Positions 57,542 through 64,000 of a stretch of 64,000 nt of DNA are shown one piece after another. The DNA is from Salpingoeca rosetta (taxonomy: Eukaryota; Protista; Choanoflagellata). A program made the position numbers and the translations under genes. The stretch lies in assembly GCA_033442325.1 (NCBI GenBank), contig JAWQFM010000008.1, positions 1,720,287-1,784,286 of the forward strand. Direction: 5' to 3'. Below the pieces are notes generated by a model. It saw only the letters and a program-made list of their open reading frames with translations, did not search any database and was not told where the DNA came from. How positions within the stretch are numbered: the first letter of the stretch is position 1; every line of letters starts with the position of its first letter.

Positions 57542-58559
57542 TCGTTCTTACGCGTTGCGGAATGCTGTGTGCAGTGGGAGCAGCTGTAGCAGATGATATG
57601 AAGGAAGGGGGAGGGGGTGAATTGGACGTTGGTGAGCTACGTGAGCACTAGAGAGCCACACAGTCAACCATCAACGGGTGCAATCCAACAAGCTACGAAA
57701 CACACACACATATCATATGCATCCGCTCTCTCCCCATCCATTGTATCTCACGTGGACGGCGCACGTGCGGTGCAGGGCGAGACCGGCCCTCAAGCTGTTG
57801 GCGTGAAGAAAAGACAGGCATTATGAGTGAAGCATGTCACACACACATACACGCACACACATGCACACACACACACACGCACGCACGCACAAAGAGACCA
57901 CAGGTGTGCATGTACAGACACACATATGCACAAACGTACGCACACACGCACACACACGCACATACATGCACACGCACGCACAAAGAGGCCACAGGTGTGA
58001 ATGGACAAACACACATATGCACACGCACCGCATCTCTCCCCTCCCGCTTCTTGACATTGTGTAACCCACCTCCTTCCTCAGGTCTGCCACCACCTTCTCC
58101 AGCTCCTGTCTGCGTGCTGGCGGCAGCTGGCCCGACCGCAGGGCTGCCTCCCCCTTCTCCAGCGCAGCCACGATCGCCGCGTCGCTTGTGTGTCGTCGCG
58201 CACCTGCTGCGGCAGACGGGCGAACGGGCGCAGGTGGTGCTCGTGGCCGCGGTGGTCGCGGTGCTGGCTGCACGTGCTGTGAGTGCTGCGGGTAGCGGGA
58301 GTCCCAGGGAGCATGGCGCCCGCCGCGGTGTGGTGGGTACACACCTCGACCAGCACCTCGACCAGCACCTCGACCAGCACCTCGCCCATATGCAGTGACG
58401 GGTGCTGCGGGTGGGCGGGCTGGCGGCGGCACTGCGGTTGATGGCGGCGGAAGCGGGCGATGGTGGTGGTGGTGGTGGTGGTGGGCCGTGCGGGGATCAC
58501 GACCATATGGGGCGGGTTGCGATGGTGGTCGCCACGCTGATGATGACGACGATGCTGCT

Positions 58560-58593
<34 letters not shown>

Positions 58594-59029
58594 ATGATGG
58601 TGGTGGTGCAGAGGACGTCGGGGCAGCACGCGCTGGTGGTGGTACAGCCTGTGTTGGCTTGCCAGCTTGCTGCGAGGACGACAATGCAGGTGCACCAGCC
58701 CGAGCGCCGGACAGCTGTTGATGGACCCGACCAATCGATGGACAGATGTATCAGCAGTGGCGGGGGAGCAAGTGGAACGTTGTGCATGTGCGTGTGTATG
58801 TGCGCGCGCGCGTGTGTGTGTGTGAGTGTGTGTGTGTAGTGAGTGTGTAGATAAGGACGAACCGTAGCGATGTATTCGTCAATCTTCTTGAGCACGCCTG
58901 GTTTGAAGATGCCGGTCCACGTCCCGCGTGTACGGATCACGCGCTTCCGCACCCCTTCGTTTCCCTGCGTGCACATGCGACGATGATGATGATGATGGTG
59001 ATGGTGATGGTGATGGTGATGGTGATGAC

Positions 59030-59095
<66 letters not shown>

Positions 59096-59164
59096 GGTGG
59101 TGGCAGTGACGATGGACAAGGCGCCCAATTGCACCACACAGCACACAATTCACGACAGCGCGCG

Positions 59165-59209
<45 letters not shown>

Positions 59210-59951
59210 GCGTCCAATTGTTGTGTAACATGAACACTTTCTCCACGATCCACCACTACGGTGGCGACCCACCTGGCCCATCACGTATTTCACGAGCTGT
59301 GGCAGCCATTGTTCGAAGCTCAGAGTGTATTTACCGCCAACATTCTTCACAATGGAGTCAACCAAGTACAGATAGTGAATGTTGTTGCCCGGATTGAGCT
59401 GCAAGCAGGCAAGCAAGCACACAAGTGCAGCGCGTGCTGTGTGAGAAGCCGGCTTGGTGGCGGGGTAGTGGCCATCGGCAGCTTGAGGGAGCAAAGGTGC
59501 TTCTGTCTCTCTAGAGGCTTGGCGGAAACGCGGTAAGGGGACGCAAGGAAACGCATTGGAGCAATGCCTCTGTCGAGTGCAGCATGGGAGTACCCTGAGT
59601 CGCTCTACAATGGCTGCCACGATGATGTCTGCATGGTTGATGTTGTCCTGAGCCAACATGGTCAAGAAGTTGATCACGGGCTGGATGGTGGTGTGCATGA
59701 GTGAGGGCATGAGAGTGTGTGTGTGCGTTTGAGTGAGCGGGTGTGTGTGTGTGTGTGTGTGCATGGGTGTAGTAGTGAGTGAGCATGAGCTAGGGCCGAG
59801 GTAGACGTGCACCTTACATGAAAGGAACGAGTCAGAACCAGCACACCACAGCAAACACATGTATTGGTTCCACGTGTGTTTACAAGCGCACCTTTGAACT
59901 GTCGGAGAGTTCGTTCAGCGCCTTGACATACTCCGCCTTGACGTCTGCCAT
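54414..59951 (-). CDS. PCF11: Pre-mRNA cleavage complex II protein Pcf11
   Basis: CID domain [14 protein letters not shown]|[27 protein letters not shown]; zinc fingers QCKQCGLR|[15 protein letters not shown]...[15 protein letters not shown]|[12 protein letters not shown]. Confidence 0.93.
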
Positions 59952-60262
59952 GCTGGCTGTTGCTGCTTGGAACAGCAAGGCAGACGAACACGGGAAGGAG
60001 AGGTAGAAGGAGGTGCTGTCGTTTTCACAGAGAAGCAAGTTTGGGATGGGGAAGATTCAGCGAAAATATTCACAAATCCTCCACAACCACCGCGAACGCG
60101 ACGACAGTGCGACTTTGCTGACCTGCTGCACAAGCATCGTATCTCACATCACAAAGCACACACACATCACACACATATCACCCACACATCACAAGCATCG
60201 TGTCACACATCACCCACACATCACCCACACACACGCATACATCACACGCGCACTCTTGAAGG

Positions 60263-61102
60263 ATGGCTTCGCTGGGGAACTTGTTTAAGCAGCAAGCGGC
60301 GATGGCCACAGCAACAGAAGGCAGTGCGCCCTCGACAACAGCCCCGGCAACCAGTGCAGCTAGCACCACAACAACAACTGCGCCAGCCACGGCAACTACA
60401 CCAATGATGACGACGACGACAGCTGCGCCAGCAGTAGCAACGCCAGCTACAGCAGCAGCTCCATCATCCAGCACAATGGCTAGCACGGGGATGCCGTTGC
60501 CTATCCCACACAGTATGACGAGCCCGAAGAAGAAACGGAAGGTTCGCGTCGTGCGCAAGCCCATGATCCGCAAGAACAAACGCCTGTTGCAACCAGCCCG
60601 TAAGACACGCAGCTACGAGGGCTTTGCGTGGGGTCATATGTGTGGCTGCGATATCCCCAGCTGGCAGTGCCTTGATTCTGCGCATGTTTGCTGTCTGACG
60701 GCCCAGCATGAAACCCCGCATTGTTATCAGCAATGTGCACTCATATTACCACAATCATCGTTGTGACTGTTTGTTGCTGCTGGTGTGATCGTTATTGCTG
60801 CTGTCGTTGATACTGTCGTGGCAGTCATCTCCATGATGTTTGGGTTTGGCGATGCCAAGGAGCCATACGAGCAGACAGTTGACCTAATGGAGGACATTGT
60901 CACCTCCTACATCGACGACGTGGTATGGTGGCCCTGTTTTGCATGTTCACGTGTCTTTGGGCGGTGCGGGTTGTGCCTCCTGGAGGTTGAACCCATGCAG
61001 GAGCACACAGAGTGGCAGAGAGCGGGAAAAGAACGACAGACTTGCACATTCGCCATCTGTCTGTCTGCGTGCGTGTGCGTGTGTGTCTGTTGGTGCATCT
61101 CT

Positions 61103-61159
<57 letters not shown>

Positions 61160-61478
61160 ATCCTTCTGTCTCTCCGTCTCTCTCTCTCTCTCATATTCAC
61201 CGACCCACACTCACCGACCCCCTCTGTCATGTATTGCCCACCTTCGCCCGTTCACGCCCTCTCCCGCTCAACACTTCTCCCTCTGCACGCAGATTCAGTA
61301 TGCGTTCCGCACGGCGGACCGGGCCGGCATCACGCCGTTTGAGGCCATCATGATGTTGGTGCGGCGCGACAAGAAGAAGCACGTGCGCATTGCAGACCTC
61401 CTCATGGCCAAGAAGGACATCGAGGACCTGCGCCAGGAGCACCATAAGTCGTATTCCACAAAGGCAGCCGCCTCGTAG
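60263..61478 (+). CDS. TAF13: TFIID subunit 13 (exons 60263-60599, 60825-60922, 61293-61478)
   Basis: KRLLQPA|LISMMFGFGDAKEPYEQTVDLMEDIVTSYIDDV|IQYA..FEAIMMLVRRDKKKHVRIADLL matches the TAF13 histone fold. Confidence 0.9.
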
Positions 61479-61495
61479 CCACGTGCAAGCGGATG

Positions 61496-61552
<57 letters not shown>

Positions 61553-61813
61553 GGGAGAGCGCTTGCTGGTCAAGCGCATGGGGAGGTGAAATGGACGTGG
61601 TGTGTGATGGACGTTGGCAGGCGCTTGTTGTTATGGCTTCACAAGCTTGTTGTTGTCCTTCTATGAATTTGTACAAGTGTCCTCAACAAGCGTCGTAACA
61701 TAAATGACCCAGACTGGTGCAAGTAACGCAAGAGGCAATGCTCGGCCAAGTGCACGTGAAAGTGCACGTGTGCGTGTGCATGGGTGACGTGGGAGGCGGC
61801 GGCCTTGAAAACA

Positions 61814-61858
<45 letters not shown>

Positions 61859-62329
61859 CACACATGTAAAACACCTTACGCTTGCTCTCCCGGAAGCGTG
61901 TGTCGCCAGCGGCTCCCTCTGACTGCTGGATGACTCGTCTAGCTGCTCAACGCAATGGTATCGGGTTTTGCAATTACGACGAGCCCACGCCAGTTTTACG
62001 GGCTCATTTTGAGACTGGACTCCGTGCCCGAGAATCAAAGACTGGGTAGGAAGGACAGATGTGGATACTGTCTATCTATGTCTACCCCAAATTGCGTCCG
62101 TGCCAGCCACGTACGTCAAAACGATTAAGGACGTTGCTGCCCAATCTATGCAGGTGACAAAAGTCTATGAAACGAGCAGTTGATCCCACTCAGGGCATGC
62201 TGTGATTGATGTATCCTGGAAGCACTGTTACACTGCGTTAGGCTTTGTCTGTAGCGTGCGGCGTAGCCAAGTTGATCTAGGTCGGTAATAAGATCGCAGC
62301 CAGTAAGGAAATACCGTTTCTAACGATTT

Positions 62330-62380
<51 letters not shown>

Positions 62381-62389
62381 CGTACGTAC

Positions 62390-63790
62390 AGTAGACGAAG
62401 ATGCTGTCGAGCAGGTCCGCGGCCTCTGGCGTCGCCGTCGGCACAAACTCCTGTATCGCCTGCCGCGGCCGTTGGCCTGCAGTGGGGCGGCCGCCGCCGA
62501 GTGGGGTGGAGGTAAGGGGGAGGGGAACGTGGTGGTGGGGCGAGTGGTAGCGGCAGAGTGAGAGGAAAGCGAGAGTGCGCACAGACACACACACACACAC
62601 ACACAGACACAGACACACACAGACACAGACACAGACACAGACACAGACAGACAGACAGACACACACAGCCACGCACCGAGGGACGCGATGTGTGTGCGGA
62701 CGGCGTCTGTGGGGACGTGATCCAGAAACGACTGTGGGGGTGTGCCGATCTTGCGGAAGATCTCATAGAACTGCTCGGGCGTGTTGCGGCCGGGAAAGGG
62801 GATGTTGCTGCCGAAACACTCGCACAGGATGCACCCAAACGACCACACATCCGCGCTGGGCAGCCCAGGGACGGAGGATGGAGGGAGAAAGAAAGAAAGT
62901 GAAGGGGGGGGGGTAAGGTGTGTGGCGAAAGGAATGCAACGGAATGTGTGTGTGTGTGTGTTTGATATGATGTGATGTGATGGGGAGTTTCAACAACTTG
63001 TCGAGCACAAAGCGAAGATTCAGACACAACAACGCCGCCGAAGGGAGGAATGAGAAGCAGGTACAAAAACACACAGCATAGGCAACGACAGCCAGCCGGA
63101 CCAGCCAAGCACCCCTGCGCCCACCTCTGGTCGTATTCACAGAGGGCCACCACTTCTGGCGCGCGGTAGAAGCGCGTCTGCACATATGGGGTGTCGTTGC
63201 CGCCGTTACGGCCGCGGGAAAGCCCCATGTCGATGATGCGAACCGAACAGTCTGTGGCGCGAGAACAGCAAAGGCGGCACGCAAACGAGAGAAACCGGGG
63301 CAAGAGAAGGGGCGGGGAGAAGTAGTTCGGGTGGTGATGGTGAAGGGCACGGCGTGGTGTTCAGATGCTGACGATGAGCGATGACGAAGGAAGCAAGCGC
63401 AAGGGTGGTGATCGGGAGAGGGGATATGGGATGAATGTATGGGATGAATACGTGGGATGAATGCAAGGGATCAACCAACCTTCAAAGATGGCCACGTTCT
63501 CGGGTTTCAAATCTCTACAGCGAGCGCAAGTTTTCCCGATGACGTGAGCATAAGGCAGTTGCACATGCACACACGCACATGCGCACATGCGCGTTTGCAC
63601 GCACAAGGGACACCCACCCCAACAAGGCAACTCACGCACAGGCCCACCTATCCACACTCACAGCCACAGCCACACAGCCACAGCCACACAGCCACACCCA
63701 TCCACACCCATCCACACCCATCCACACCCATCCACACCCATCCACACATACACACCCACACACCCACACCCACACACACACACACCCACC

Positions 63791-63832
<42 letters not shown>

Positions 63833-64000
63833 TGCACACCCACACACACACAAATGCACACGTACAAATGCACACACGCCTCTGCACCTGTGGATGACGC
63901 CTGCGCTGTGGATAAAGTAAAGGCCACAGAGGATTCGGTAGGTGATGAGCTGGATGTGGGGGACGGTGAGCTTGTTGTGTCTGAGCACTGTGCGGAGGTC
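62390..64000 (-). CDS. Stress-activated MAP kinase (p38/JNK-like), partial; 5' end outside window, final kinase exon not found
   Basis: YRILCGLYFIHSAGVIHR|DLKPENV|DCSVRIIDMGLSR..TPYVQTRFYRAPEV..DVWSFGCI..FPG..IGTP..PEAADLLDSIFVY. Confidence 0.88.

Noticed and set aside
60600-60766. Extension of TAF13 exon 1 as in the ORF track
   Set aside because: A GTAAGA donor at 60600 gives an in-frame join to LISMMFGFGD, so the extension is intronic.

Overview
Eukaryotic, intron-rich genomic DNA with GT-AG introns full of (CA)n/(TG)n microsatellites and poly-Gln/Thr/Ser-rich exons. The style suggests a choanoflagellate, most likely Salpingoeca rosetta (inference only). Most of the supplied ORF track is microsatellite noise. 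Manual splicing supports about 13 genes: AP-2 sigma (3' end), a Pga1-like membrane protein, an NWD-type DUF4062-NACHT-WD40 protein ending in a PH domain, a nucleoside hydrolase, a C10orf88/PAAT-like protein, a phospholipase C with three tandem PH domains and a Tyr-motif-rich N-terminus, a secreted GH99/71-like protein, an intronless ARM-repeat protein, a SMYD-type SET/MYND protein, a MORC2-like protein with degenerate ATPase motifs, PCF11, TAF13 and a partial stress-type MAPK with a TPY loop. Best candidates for novelty are the head-to-head pair of SMYD methyltransferase and pseudo-ATPase MORC, the NLR-like NWD-PH fusion and the triple-PH PLC. Two compositionally odd non-coding segments (about 15770-15960 and 61865-62330) are also flagged. 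There is an assembly gap at 43154-43830. All exon boundaries were predicted by eye, and family assignments come from recalled motifs, not database searches.
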